From Candidatus Portnoybacteria bacterium RIFCSPLOWO2_01_FULL_43_11 (GTDB lineage Bacteria; Patescibacteriota; Minisyncoccia; Portnoybacterales; UBA2143), in contig MHNE01000002.1 of NCBI GenBank assembly GCA_001819605.1, positions 1 to 48,436 of the forward strand: 48,436 bases of DNA, in the 5' to 3' direction. Of the stretch, positions 18,186 to 26,174 are shown piece by piece. The translations under genes and the position numbers were made by a program. Position 1 is the stretch's first letter. Every line of letters begins with the position of its first letter. The notes below the pieces were generated by a model. It did not search any database and was not told where the DNA came from. It saw nothing but the letters and a program-made list of their open reading frames with translations.

Positions 18186-18740
18186 ATGAAGAAGACACTC
18201 GCAGTTCTCGTCTCGGTCGTCATGCTCGGTTTTTTCGCCGGGTGCACACCTCCGCCGCAATCCGCTTCGGGCGTTGGCAAGGCGGAAGTGAAGGTCCCCA
18301 CGGGACCGGATGGATTGACGGCGGAGCAACGCAACATACGCGAACGCCTTGTCGAGGACAACAAGCCAGGTTCAGTGAAGCATTTCTACGTTATCTCAGC
18401 CTACAGCGGGCAGGTCATCATCTACTCGACTGTACGCGGCAAGGTAACGAGCGGAGGAAAACGTCTTACGCCCACAACAGTCGTGAACAACTGGGGCGGT
18501 ACTTCGCAAGGATTCGGCGTGGACTTCAACAACAACACGATGATCACGCAGGAGGTGCTTCAGGACGACGGTACCTACGGCTCGTCCTCGGAATATCTTT
18601 ACTGGTGGGACACAAAGGGCGTGTACCATCAGCACTATGTCTCCGGCGGCCAGATCGTCCATGTTTCCAACCAACCTCTCGCGGTCAAGGGTATCATCAT
18701 TAACATGGAGTTCACCCAGAAGCCCGAAGAGGAAAAGTAG
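18186..18740 (+). CDS. GC-rich foreign gene 2: predicted lipoprotein of unknown function
   Basis: ATG at 18186 follows GAAAGGAGAAACGAAG. Signal peptide with lipobox (MKKTLAVLVSVVMLGFFAGC). G/C dominates third codon positions. Confidence 0.7.
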   Translation: MKKTLAVLVSVVMLGFFAGCTPPPQSASGVGKAEVKVPTGPDGLTAEQRNIRERLVEDNKPGSVKHFYVISAYSGQVIIYSTVRGKVTSGGKRLTPTTVVNNWGGTSQGFGVDFNNNTMITQEVLQDDGTYGSSSEYLYWWDTKGVYHQHYVSGGQIVHVSNQPLAVKGIIINMEFTQKPEEEK

Positions 18741-18762
18741 CGCGAGCCACGGCTCGCCAACC

Positions 18763-18815
18763 AGCGCCTTGTTGAGTTCGTGATAAACGAATCAATCCGC
18801 AAGGCGCTTTTTTTT
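18763..18815 (+). terminator. Rho-independent terminator closing the GC-rich cassette
   Basis: Long GC stem AGCGCCTTG...CAAGGCGCT with an inner TTCGT/ACGAA stem, followed by TTTTTTTT. Confidence 0.75.
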
Positions 18816-18869
18816 AGAAAAAGAATTTCCGCCAAAGTAGTAAATTTTTTAAAACTCATTTTTCCACAT

Positions 18870-18897
18870 TTGACAAGAAAATTTAAAGGATTAAAAT
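18870..18897 (+). promoter_or_regulatory. Candidate sigma70-type promoter (TTGACA-N16-TAAAAT), near-leaderless for the 18906 gene
   Basis: TTGACA at 18870-18875 and TAAAAT at 18892-18897. The ATG lies only 8 nt downstream of the -10 element. Confidence 0.4.
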
Positions 18898-18905
18898 AAT
18901 AGTAT

Positions 18906-20939
18906 ATGAAACACAAATACATTATTTTAACTTTTTTATCTATCCTTGTCTTATCGGCTAATTTTGTTTCTGTAAAAGCCGCGGAGCTTGAGGATTTGCC
19001 GGATGCCGGCCTGACGCCTCAAAGCTCTTATTATTTTCTGGACCGCTTTGGCGACTGGGTTAAATTAAATATTTTTACTTTTAACGCGGTTAGAAAAGCC
19101 GAGGTGAGAGCGGGAATCGCCGAAGAAAGACTGGCTGAATTAAACGAAGTTTCAGAGAAAACTCCGGAGCAAACGGATATTATTGAAAAATTAGAAGAGA
19201 AGATTCAGGAAATAGTTGAGAAAGTTAATAACGAAACGGAAAGTTTAGACGGAAAAAATAAAGACATTTCGCGCCTGATGGAGATTTTGAACAGTTTTTC
19301 CCTTAAAAGACACGAGGTTTTAGAAAGAGCGATGGAAAAAGCGTCGGATGAGGCAAAAGACAAAATAGAAAAGGCCTTGGAAAATGTTTATGAGCAGGCG
19401 GAAAAAAGGAGAGAGATTTTATTAAAACAAAAAGAAAAAGGATTTATTTCCGAGGAGAAAGCTCGTCTGATTATTGAGAATAACTTAACCAAACTAAAAG
19501 AGCAGCTGGAGCGCCGCAAGGAAAGAATTGAAGAGATTGAAGACGAAGCCCTAAAAGAACGGCTGGAAAATATTATTGAAAAAAAATTAGAGGCGCTGGA
19601 AAACGAAATTTTAGAACTGGAATCAAACGATAATTTAAAAGAAGTTCGGGAAAATATCAGAGAAATTAAAAAAGAGGCGATTAAATCCATTCTTCAAACC
19701 AGACAGGAACTGCGGCTTCATTCAACGACTACTGAAGAAGTTTTAGAAGAAATCCACGAAGACCGGCTTGATTTAAAAGCGCGGGTTCTTGAGATAATCA
19801 AGGAAGTTGAAGAAAAAATTTCAGCCATTGAAGAAAAAATAAATCAGCTTAAAGCAGACGGAGTTTCTGTGCCGGCGAGTGTTGATAGTTTGTTAACCAA
19901 CGGTAAAAAACATTTAGAAAACGGTAAAGCGGCTTTGGGAGAAGAAAAAATCGGTCGGGCTTTTGGTCAGGCCATGGCCGCTTTAAAAAATGTCAGAAAC
20001 GCCCAAAATATTTTAGAAAGAGTTTTAAAAGGATATAAAGAATTGCCGGAAAAAATCCTCGGGCTTAAAGAAGACTTGGCTGAAATTAAAGGGAAAATAG
20101 AATCGCTTGGTCAAGCAATACCCGAGGAAATTAAAAGATTATTTAGAGAAGCCGAAGAAGAAATCAATAAAGTGGAGAGTCTTTTAAGTGAATCTGATTT
20201 TAGAGAAGCTTGGCGGCATTTTGAAATCGCGAAAAAAATTATTAAAAAGCTTGAGCATTTTCTTGACAGATTAGAAGAAGGCGAAGAATTAATAGAAGAA
20301 ACAATTGAAAGACAAAGAGAAATTTTAAAAGACCGGCTGGAAAGGGTAAAAGACATATTAAGATTTAAGCGTCTGGATGAAAGGGAAGAGCTTATTGAGA
20401 AAATGCCGGAACCAATAAGACCAAAACAAGGAGAGGGAATTATCTGCGCTCAAGTGCTTACGCCGGCCAGAAACATCAAGACAAAAGAATGCCGCGTCTT
20501 TAAAAATTCCTGTTTAGCCGAAGGGTGGCAGAGGGATCTTGACTGTCGGGAAAAAGAAAACAACGAACTCAAAACCAGATTAGATTCTCCCGGGTCGGAG
20601 ACGACAACCGATTCTTTAAGAAATTTCAAAGGAGAAGAAGATACCCCGAGGGACGAAATGACAACAAAAACCATTGATTTGACAGCCAAACAATGGGAAT
20701 TTAGTCCTAATCCGATTAAAGTAAAAAAGGGAACGAAAGTCATACTTAACATAAAAAGCATTGACGTTAATCACGGCTTTTCTTTACCGGAGTTTAATGT
20801 AAGCATTGATTTAAAGCCGGGTAAAACGGAAAAAGCTGAATTTCTTGCTTCCAAATCAGGAAGATTTCCGTTTAAATGCAGTGTTTTTTGCGGCGCCGGC
20901 CATCAAACAATGACCGGTGCGCTTATTATTGAAGATTAA
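18906..20939 (+). CDS. Secreted coiled-coil protein with a C-terminal CuA-type cupredoxin domain
   Basis: Signal peptide, a DUF5667-like start (LPDAGLTPQSSYYFLDRFGDWV), then a region of about 450 aa rich in Glu/Lys/Leu heptads. The C-terminus carries NHGFSLPEF ... FKCSVFCGAGHQTM, matching the H...C-x3-C-x3-H-x2-M CuA ligand pattern of cytochrome oxidase subunit II. Confidence 0.75.
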   Translation: MKHKYIILTFLSILVLSANFVSVKAAELEDLPDAGLTPQSSYYFLDRFGDWVKLNIFTFNAVRKAEVRAGIAEERLAELNEVSEKTPEQTDIIEKLEEKIQEIVEKVNNETESLDGKNKDISRLMEILNSFSLKRHEVLERAMEKASDEAKDKIEKALENVYEQAEKRREILLKQKEKGFISEEKARLIIENNLTKLKEQLERRKERIEEIEDEALKERLENIIEKKLEALENEILELESNDNLKEVRENIREIKKEAIKSILQTRQELRLHSTTTEEVLEEIHEDRLDLKARVLEIIKEVEEKISAIEEKINQLKADGVSVPASVDSLLTNGKKHLENGKAALGEEKIGRAFGQAMAALKNVRNAQNILERVLKGYKELPEKILGLKEDLAEIKGKIESLGQAIPEEIKRLFREAEEEINKVESLLSESDFREAWRHFEIAKKIIKKLEHFLDRLEEGEELIEETIERQREILKDRLERVKDILRFKRLDEREELIEKMPEPIRPKQGEGIICAQVLTPARNIKTKECRVFKNSCLAEGWQRDLDCREKENNELKTRLDSPGSETTTDSLRNFKGEEDTPRDEMTTKTIDLTAKQWEFSPNPIKVKKGTKVILNIKSIDVNHGFSLPEFNVSIDLKPGKTEKAEFLASKSGRFPFKCSVFCGAGHQTMTGALIIED

Positions 20940-20957
20940 TGAAAATAAAGGGATTTT

Positions 20958-20988
20958 AAATAGGCAAGAAAAATGCCTATTTTCTTTT
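20958..20988 (+). terminator. Rho-independent terminator
   Basis: Stem AAATAGGCA / TGCCTATTT with loop AGAAAAA, followed by a TCTTTT tract. Confidence 0.6.
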
Positions 20989-21015
20989 GACCGGAAATAT
21001 GTTAAATTAAGAAGA

Positions 21016-21852
21016 ATGACCGAATTTTTTAAAAAGACTGGAGGGGGTCTTGACAATCAATACGACGGCAAAAACGCTATTTTGTCAATTTACGCCGGAG
21101 CCGGAGGAACTGACGCTCAAGACTGGGCTGAAATGCTCTTGCGAATGTATCTAAAATATGTTAAAAATAAGAATTGGCTGGCCCAAGTGCTTCAGATTCG
21201 CTCCGGCAAAGAAGCTGGGATTAAAAGCGCGACAATGGAAATAAAAGCTCCTTCCGCTTACCCCGCACCTTTTGGTGATAAAAAAGTTTTTGCGCAAAGC
21301 GCGATCCCCAAAAGGTGCGGGGCTTACGGAACTCTAAAAGGAGAATCAGGGGTTCATCGGCTGGTCAGAATTTCTCCTTTTAATTCAGCTAAACTGCGGC
21401 ACACTTCTTTTGCTTTAGTGGAAGTTTTGCCGGAAATTGAAGAAGCGGAAGCGAAAATCAGGCCGGAAGATTTAAGGATAGACACTTACCGTTCCTCGGG
21501 TCCGGGCGGACAATATGTTAACGTGACTGAAACCGCGGTTCGTTTGACTCATCTGCCAACTGGTCTTGTGGCCGCTTGTCAGTCAGAAAGACTTCAGGGC
21601 GAAAATAAAAAAAAGGCCTTAAAACTGCTTTATACCAAACTTCATAAATATCTTTCTTTACAAAAAGAAGAAGAGAGAGAAAGACTGCGGGGCGAGCATC
21701 CGTCGCCTGAATGGGGAAGCCAGATTCGTTCCTATGTGCTTCATCCTTACAAAATGGTCAAAGATCACCGAACCGGCGTTAAAGTATCCGATCCTGACAA
21801 AGTTTTAGACGGAAATTTAGATAAATTCATCAAATCAAATGATAGAATTTAA
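21016..21852 (+). CDS. prfB: Peptide chain release factor 2, lacking most of N-terminal domain 1 and carrying an in-frame palindromic insertion
   Basis: SPF tripeptide anticodon (RISPFNS), GGQ motif (SSGPGGQYVNVTETAVRLTHLPTG) and the C-terminal WGSQIRSYVLHPYKMVKDHRTG. The ATG at 21016 is preferred over the track's GTG at 20917, which would overlap the upstream gene and its terminator. Confidence 0.9.
   Translation: MTEFFKKTGGGLDNQYDGKNAILSIYAGAGGTDAQDWAEMLLRMYLKYVKNKNWLAQVLQIRSGKEAGIKSATMEIKAPSAYPAPFGDKKVFAQSAIPKRCGAYGTLKGESGVHRLVRISPFNSAKLRHTSFALVEVLPEIEEAEAKIRPEDLRIDTYRSSGPGGQYVNVTETAVRLTHLPTGLVAACQSERLQGENKKKALKLLYTKLHKYLSLQKEEERERLRGEHPSPEWGSQIRSYVLHPYKMVKDHRTGVKVSDPDKVLDGNLDKFIKSNDRI
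21261..21322. mobile_element. Palindromic MITE-like element, copy 2, in-frame in prfB
   Basis: Inverted repeat CCCCGCACCTTTTGG / CCAAAAGGTGCGGGG (18 of 19 matches when extended). CTTA direct repeats at 21257-21260 and 21323-21326. Element plus one repeat is 66 bp, or 22 codons. Confidence 0.8.
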
Positions 21853-22519
21853 AAACGTTTCAAAAATTTATCCAATTGACTGCGTTGCTTTGGAAAATAT
21901 CAATCTTGTTATTCAGCCAAAAGAATTTATTTCTTTGGCCGGTCCTTCAGGAGCCGGGAAGTCCACTTTATTGCGTCTCTTAATCAGGGAAGAACTGCCA
22001 AGCGAAGGCCAGATTTTTTGGCAGGAACAGGATATTAGCCAGATGCGGCATAAAGAAGTGCCGCAACTGCGGCGAAAAATCGGGGCTATTTTTCAGGATT
22101 TTAAATTACTGTCCAATAAAACCGCTTATGAGAATATTGCCTTTGCCATGGAAGCCGGGGGCCGCTCCAATAAAGACATTGAAGAAGATGTGCCTCTGAT
22201 TTTAAGATTAGTCGGTCTTTCAAACAGGGCTCATCATTTTCCGGACCAGCTTTCAGGCGGGGAAAAGCAAAGGGTGGCCATTGGCCGGGCCCTGGCCCAT
22301 CGGCCGGAAACTCTAATGGCTGATGAGCCGACCGGGAATTTGGACTTAATTCACACTTGGGACATTATTCGGCTCTTGCTGAAAATCAACGAATTAGGCA
22401 CCACGGTTATTTTGGCAACGCACGATCGCGATGTGATAAATAATATAGAAAGACGAGTTATTACCTTGGAAAAAGGAAGACTGATAAGAGATGAGGAAAA
22501 AGGAAGATACATATTATAA
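21839..22519 (+). CDS. ftsE: Cell-division ABC transporter ATP-binding protein FtsE
   Basis: Walker A (GPSGAGKST), ABC signature ([15 protein letters not shown]) and Walker B ([11 protein letters not shown]). Followed immediately by ftsX. Confidence 0.9.
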   Translation: MIEFKNVSKIYPIDCVALENINLVIQPKEFISLAGPSGAGKSTLLRLLIREELPSEGQIFWQEQDISQMRHKEVPQLRRKIGAIFQDFKLLSNKTAYENIAFAMEAGGRSNKDIEEDVPLILRLVGLSNRAHHFPDQLSGGEKQRVAIGRALAHRPETLMADEPTGNLDLIHTWDIIRLLLKINELGTTVILATHDRDVINNIERRVITLEKGRLIRDEEKGRYIL

Positions 22520-22529
22520 TTTTTAATTT

Positions 22530-23441
22530 ATGCTGACAAAATTATCTCGCATCATCAGATCCGGCTGGATTAATTTCTGGCGAAACAGATGGCTTTCAGG
22601 CGCGGCCATCAGCGTAATGAGCTTGACTATTTTTGTCACCACCAGTTTGCTTTTGGTCAATGTTTTAACCAGCGCTTTGGTAGAAACCCTGCGGGATAAA
22701 ATTGACGTGAGCGTCTATTTTAAATTAAACGTTTCAGAGGAAGAAGTTTTAGAAGCCAGAGAAAGTTTAATCGCTTTAAACGAAGTCCAAAGCGTGGAGT
22801 ATGTTTCAAGAGAGGAAGCGCTTAAAAATTTCAAGGAAAAGCACAAAGAAAACTCCCTTTTAATGCAGAGCTTGGATGAGTTAAATGACAATCCTTTGGA
22901 AGCCAGTTTAAACATTAAGGCGCAAACCGCTTCTCAATACGAGCAGATTGTCAATTTTTTAACCAGTTCAAAACATCAGAAAGACATTGATAAGATTAAT
23001 TACCGGCAGAATCAGACCATAATCAACCGGTTGTCTTCAATCACCGGCGCCATTCAGAGAAGCGGCGTGGTCGTATCCATTGCCTTGGCTTTGGTGGCGA
23101 TTCTTGTTACATTTCATACTATCCGCTTGGCTATTTACAGTTCCAGGGAAGAGGTGAATGTAATGAAGCTGGTTGGCGCGAGCAACTGGTTTATTCGCGG
23201 CCCGTTTGTGGTTGAAGGCGCTCTTTACGGCGTTTCCGCGGTTATTATTATTTTGATTATTTTTTATCCGCTTGTCTGGTTTATTTCTCCTAAAATTACC
23301 ACTTATCTGCCGGGTTCTGACCTCTTTTACTTTTTTAAAGTAAACTTCTGGCAGATTTTCTTAATCCAAATTGCCGTTGGCGTTTCTTTGGGCGTCGTCA
23401 GCAGTTTCGTGGCCATCCGAAGATACTTAAAGAAGGCCTAA
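22530..23441 (+). CDS. ftsX: Cell-division permease FtsX
   Basis: FtsX topology and motifs (NFWRNRWLS..., extracellular domain, MKLVGASNWFIRGPFVVEG). Confidence 0.9.
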   Translation: MLTKLSRIIRSGWINFWRNRWLSGAAISVMSLTIFVTTSLLLVNVLTSALVETLRDKIDVSVYFKLNVSEEEVLEARESLIALNEVQSVEYVSREEALKNFKEKHKENSLLMQSLDELNDNPLEASLNIKAQTASQYEQIVNFLTSSKHQKDIDKINYRQNQTIINRLSSITGAIQRSGVVVSIALALVAILVTFHTIRLAIYSSREEVNVMKLVGASNWFIRGPFVVEGALYGVSAVIIILIIFYPLVWFISPKITTYLPGSDLFYFFKVNFWQIFLIQIAVGVSLGVVSSFVAIRRYLKKA

Positions 23442-23461
23442 TAAGACTCTTAAAAAATCTT

Positions 23462-23538
23462 GTCATTCCGCACTTGATGCGGAATCCAGTAGAATAAAAT
23501 TAGCTTATTTACTGGATTCCTGTTTTCACAGGAATGAC
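23462..23538. repeat. Pair of inverted GTCATYC...GRATGAC hairpin repeats (REP-like)
   Basis: GTCATTCCGCACTTGATGCGGAATCCAGT and, on the other strand, GTCATTCCTGTGAAAACAGGAATCCAGT. Each unit is itself a hairpin. The same family occurs at 27972 and 35511/35562. Confidence 0.75.
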
Positions 23539-23566
23539 ATAAAAGACTTTTTCATAGGTCTCGTAA

Positions 23567-23637
23567 TGGGGAGTAGCCAAGCGGTAAGGCAATAGGCTCT
23601 GGACCTATGATCGCAGGTTCGAATCCTGCCTCCCCAG
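23567..23637 (+). tRNA. tRNA-Gln (anticodon CUG)
   Basis: Acceptor stem TGGGGAG/CTCCCCA with the U1-A72 pair typical of tRNA-Gln, anticodon stem ATAGG/CCTAT with loop CTCTGGA, T loop GGTTCGAATCC. Confidence 0.85.
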
Positions 23638-23876
23638 TAAAATTTTTTATGTGGAATTACCTGATAGCGTTTTTAAAAAACTTTAGCCAAGTTTTTCTTG
23701 TTGAGAATAAGATTTTTGGTTTATTGATACTGGTTTCTCTTTTTATAATACAACCAAGAATTGGGATTTTCTCGGAAAAAAGTCCCGCCTTCGCCAATGC
23801 TTCGGATGGGCAGGTCGGATTTTATTCAGTATAGACGGCCAATTAGAATTAAAAAACAGAAAGGAGGTGATTAATA

Positions 23877-24068
23877 ATGCAAAATATTCAAAACACTATA
23901 GACCATTTAAAGAATCATCAGGAATATCCAGCTGATAAAGCTGATTTAGTGGCTTCTTGTAATGAGCTTTCCGATTTTTCTCCCGAAGATAAAGAGGAAT
24001 TTGCCCAAAAACTTTCTGAACGGACCTATAATTCCGCGGAAGAGGTAATAAAAGAATTGGGATTATAA
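23877..24068 (+). CDS. Small DUF2795-like protein
   Basis: Strong SD (AAAGGAGGTGATTAATAATG). The layout YPADKADLVASCNE...SPEDKEEFAQKLSERTYNSAEEV resembles the DUF2795 pattern. Confidence 0.6.
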   Translation: MQNIQNTIDHLKNHQEYPADKADLVASCNELSDFSPEDKEEFAQKLSERTYNSAEEVIKELGL

Positions 24069-24166
24069 TTTCGTGCTTCGAAAGTATTACAATCATGCGC
24101 AAAAAAGCGGAGGCATGGTAATTTAGATAAAGTTTTATAAATAAAACAAGTCTTTTAATATTCGCT

Positions 24167-24358
24167 TTGGTTTTTATCGTTTATTTGTGGTATACCTTTG
24201 CCACTATTTATCATTTTATCAGATTTGGCGTTGGAACCGGGCCCAAGAAAATTGCTTTTATATTTTTTATCGGCTCTTTTATTTTATTTGTCATCGCTGT
24301 GTTCGCTTACAGCCAAGTTGAATGGTCGGGCATTATATCAATAGATTCGGGAATATAA
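24167..24358 (+). CDS. Small two-TM membrane protein (hypothetical)
   Basis: ORF with two hydrophobic helices, tightly packed ahead of 24362. The start codon is uncertain. Confidence 0.4.
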   Translation: MVFIVYLWYTFATIYHFIRFGVGTGPKKIAFIFFIGSFILFVIAVFAYSQVEWSGIISIDSGI

Positions 24359-24361
24359 ATT

Positions 24362-24877
24362 ATGTCTATATTCACTATTTCAGAAAACAGTTTTGAGGGT
24401 CAATTGCCGGGTGAAAAAGTAGTTTTTTTAACCAGAAAACACTGGTTTGCCATTTTTGTCCCTCTTTTTTTCTCTTTAATTCTTGCGGTTCTGCCTTTCG
24501 CGCTTTATTTTTCAATAAATTCCTCAGAATTTTATGGGAATAATCCTTCCGTTTACTGGTTTTTTGTCTCGGTCTATTTTCTTATTTTGTGGAATATGGC
24601 ATTTTATTCTGTTATGATTTATTCTCTTAATACCCTTATAATCACCGATAAAAGAATAATTGAAAATAAACAGCTTGGCTTTTTCAGGCATACGGTCAAT
24701 GAATTGGAATTAGAAAAGATTCAGGATATTTCCGTAAAGGTTTTCGGGCCGGTAGCCGAGTTTTTGGGTTTTGGCAATATTGAAGTCCAAAGCGCCGGCG
24801 CCCAAGCCAAGTTTTATTTCAATCAAATGCCGGACCCGGAAAAAATAAAAGAGATTATTAGAGGACAAGGGGATTAA
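24362..24877 (+). CDS. Membrane protein with a bacterial PH (bPH/YdbT-like) domain
   Basis: Two TM helices followed by LIITDKRIIENKQLGFFRHTVNELELEKIQDISVKV..., typical of bPH_2-type domains. Confidence 0.55.
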   Translation: MSIFTISENSFEGQLPGEKVVFLTRKHWFAIFVPLFFSLILAVLPFALYFSINSSEFYGNNPSVYWFFVSVYFLILWNMAFYSVMIYSLNTLIITDKRIIENKQLGFFRHTVNELELEKIQDISVKVFGPVAEFLGFGNIEVQSAGAQAKFYFNQMPDPEKIKEIIRGQGD

Positions 24878-24894
24878 TTTAAAAAATACAAATC

Positions 24895-26142
24895 ATGAAA
24901 AACTTTAAAAAACAACTTCAGGAATTAAATAAAGTGATTATTGTGAGTTTTTTAATTTCATCAATCGTGGGTTTTATCGCCGGGGGTTTGGCCAGTCAGT
25001 GGCTTGGAGCTCAACCGGAGAAAATTGAGCAATCAGGATTTGATAAAGAAAGTTCAGCGGTAAAAATAGAAAAGCAGGAAGAAGCAGTGGTTGAAGCGGT
25101 CAAGATTGCTTCGCCGGCCGTGGTCAGCGTAATTGTCAGTAAAGATTTGCCGGTTTTAGAAAAATATTACGAAGAACAAAGTCCTTTTGGCAAAGATGAT
25201 TTTTTCAGAAGATTTTTCGGCGATGATTTCTTTTCTCCGTTTCAAATTCCTCAATACAGAGAAAAGGGGACTGAAAAAAGAGAAATCGGCGGCGGCACCG
25301 GCTTTATTGTTTCTTCAGACGGGTTAATTATCACCAATAAACATGTGGTTTCAGGCGAATCAGCGGATTATACGGTTTTAACCAACGAAGGCGAAAAGAT
25401 TTCCGCTAAAGTTTTAGCCCGCGACCCGGTGGAAGACATCGCGATTCTAAAAATTGAGAAAAAAAATCTGCCGACTTTAAAAATAGGCGATTCTGATAAT
25501 ATTCAAATCGGCCAGACCGCCATTGCTATTGGCAATTCTTTGGGCGAGTTTAGAAACACGGTGAGCGTCGGGGTAATTTCCGGCTTGAAGCGTTCAATTA
25601 CCGCTTCAAGCGGCCTTGGTCAAAGTGAAGAGCTTTCCGAGGTTATTCAGACAGACGCGGCCATTAACCCGGGTAATTCCGGCGGCCCGCTCTTAAATCT
25701 TAGGGGCGAGGTGATTGGGATTAATGTGGCTATGGCTCAAGGCGCGGAAAATATCGGTTTTTCTCTGCCGATAAATAAAGTAAAGAGAGACTTGGAACAG
25801 GTTAAAGCTAAAGGTAGAATCAGCTACCCGTTTTTAGGCGTGCGCTATATTTTAATCAATAAAGAGATTCAGAGGAGCAACAATTTATCGGTTGATTACG
25901 GCGCTTTGATTAGCCGCGGAGAGAATCCGGAAGATGTGGCGGTAATGCCGGGCAGTCCGGCTGATAAAGCCGGTCTTTTAGAAAATGACATTATTCTGGA
26001 ATTTGACGGAGAAAAAATTACGCAGGAAAATTCTCTGGCCAAACTGATTCAAAAACGCCAGGTGGGGGACTCGGTTACTCTTAAAATTTTACACAAAGGC
26101 GAAGAAAAAACAATTCAGGTTAAACTGACTGAACGGGAATAA
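24895..26142 (+). CDS. HtrA/DegP-family serine protease with a PDZ domain
   Basis: Catalytic His, Asp and Ser contexts (GTGFIVSSDGLIITNKHVV, DIAILKI, GNSGGPLLNLRGEVIGIN) plus a C-terminal PDZ (GSPADKAGLLENDIILEFDGEKI). Confidence 0.9.
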   Translation: MKNFKKQLQELNKVIIVSFLISSIVGFIAGGLASQWLGAQPEKIEQSGFDKESSAVKIEKQEEAVVEAVKIASPAVVSVIVSKDLPVLEKYYEEQSPFGKDDFFRRFFGDDFFSPFQIPQYREKGTEKREIGGGTGFIVSSDGLIITNKHVVSGESADYTVLTNEGEKISAKVLARDPVEDIAILKIEKKNLPTLKIGDSDNIQIGQTAIAIGNSLGEFRNTVSVGVISGLKRSITASSGLGQSEELSEVIQTDAAINPGNSGGPLLNLRGEVIGINVAMAQGAENIGFSLPINKVKRDLEQVKAKGRISYPFLGVRYILINKEIQRSNNLSVDYGALISRGENPEDVAVMPGSPADKAGLLENDIILEFDGEKITQENSLAKLIQKRQVGDSVTLKILHKGEEKTIQVKLTERE

Positions 26143-26174
26143 GGAGGGAAAATTAGAATGAAAGGAACCAGAAC

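Noticed and set aside
17639-18364. 241-aa minus-strand ORF and several other overlapping ORFs (17677-17898, 17739-17921, 17851-18135, 18138-18329, 18242-18703, 18396-18674) in the GC-rich island
   Set aside because: High-GC DNA is naturally poor in stop codons, so long antisense and off-frame ORFs arise by chance. Only the two plus-strand ORFs have Shine-Dalgarno sites, a signal peptide or TM helix, and GC3-biased codon usage.
20917-21015. Upstream GTG start for prfB from the ORF track
   Set aside because: This start would overlap the 3-prime end of the cupredoxin gene and read through its terminator hairpin. The extra 33 residues do not resemble RF2 domain 1.
21040-21060. Programmed +1 frameshift in prfB
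   Set aside because: The sequence is GGG GGT CTT GAC with no in-frame TGA, so the gene is read in a single frame. It is discussed only as a possible fossil of the frameshift site.
23607-23834. 75-aa ORF starting inside tRNA-Gln
   Set aside because: Its start lies within the tRNA gene, it has no RBS, and its sequence is low-complexity and includes a hairpin repeat.
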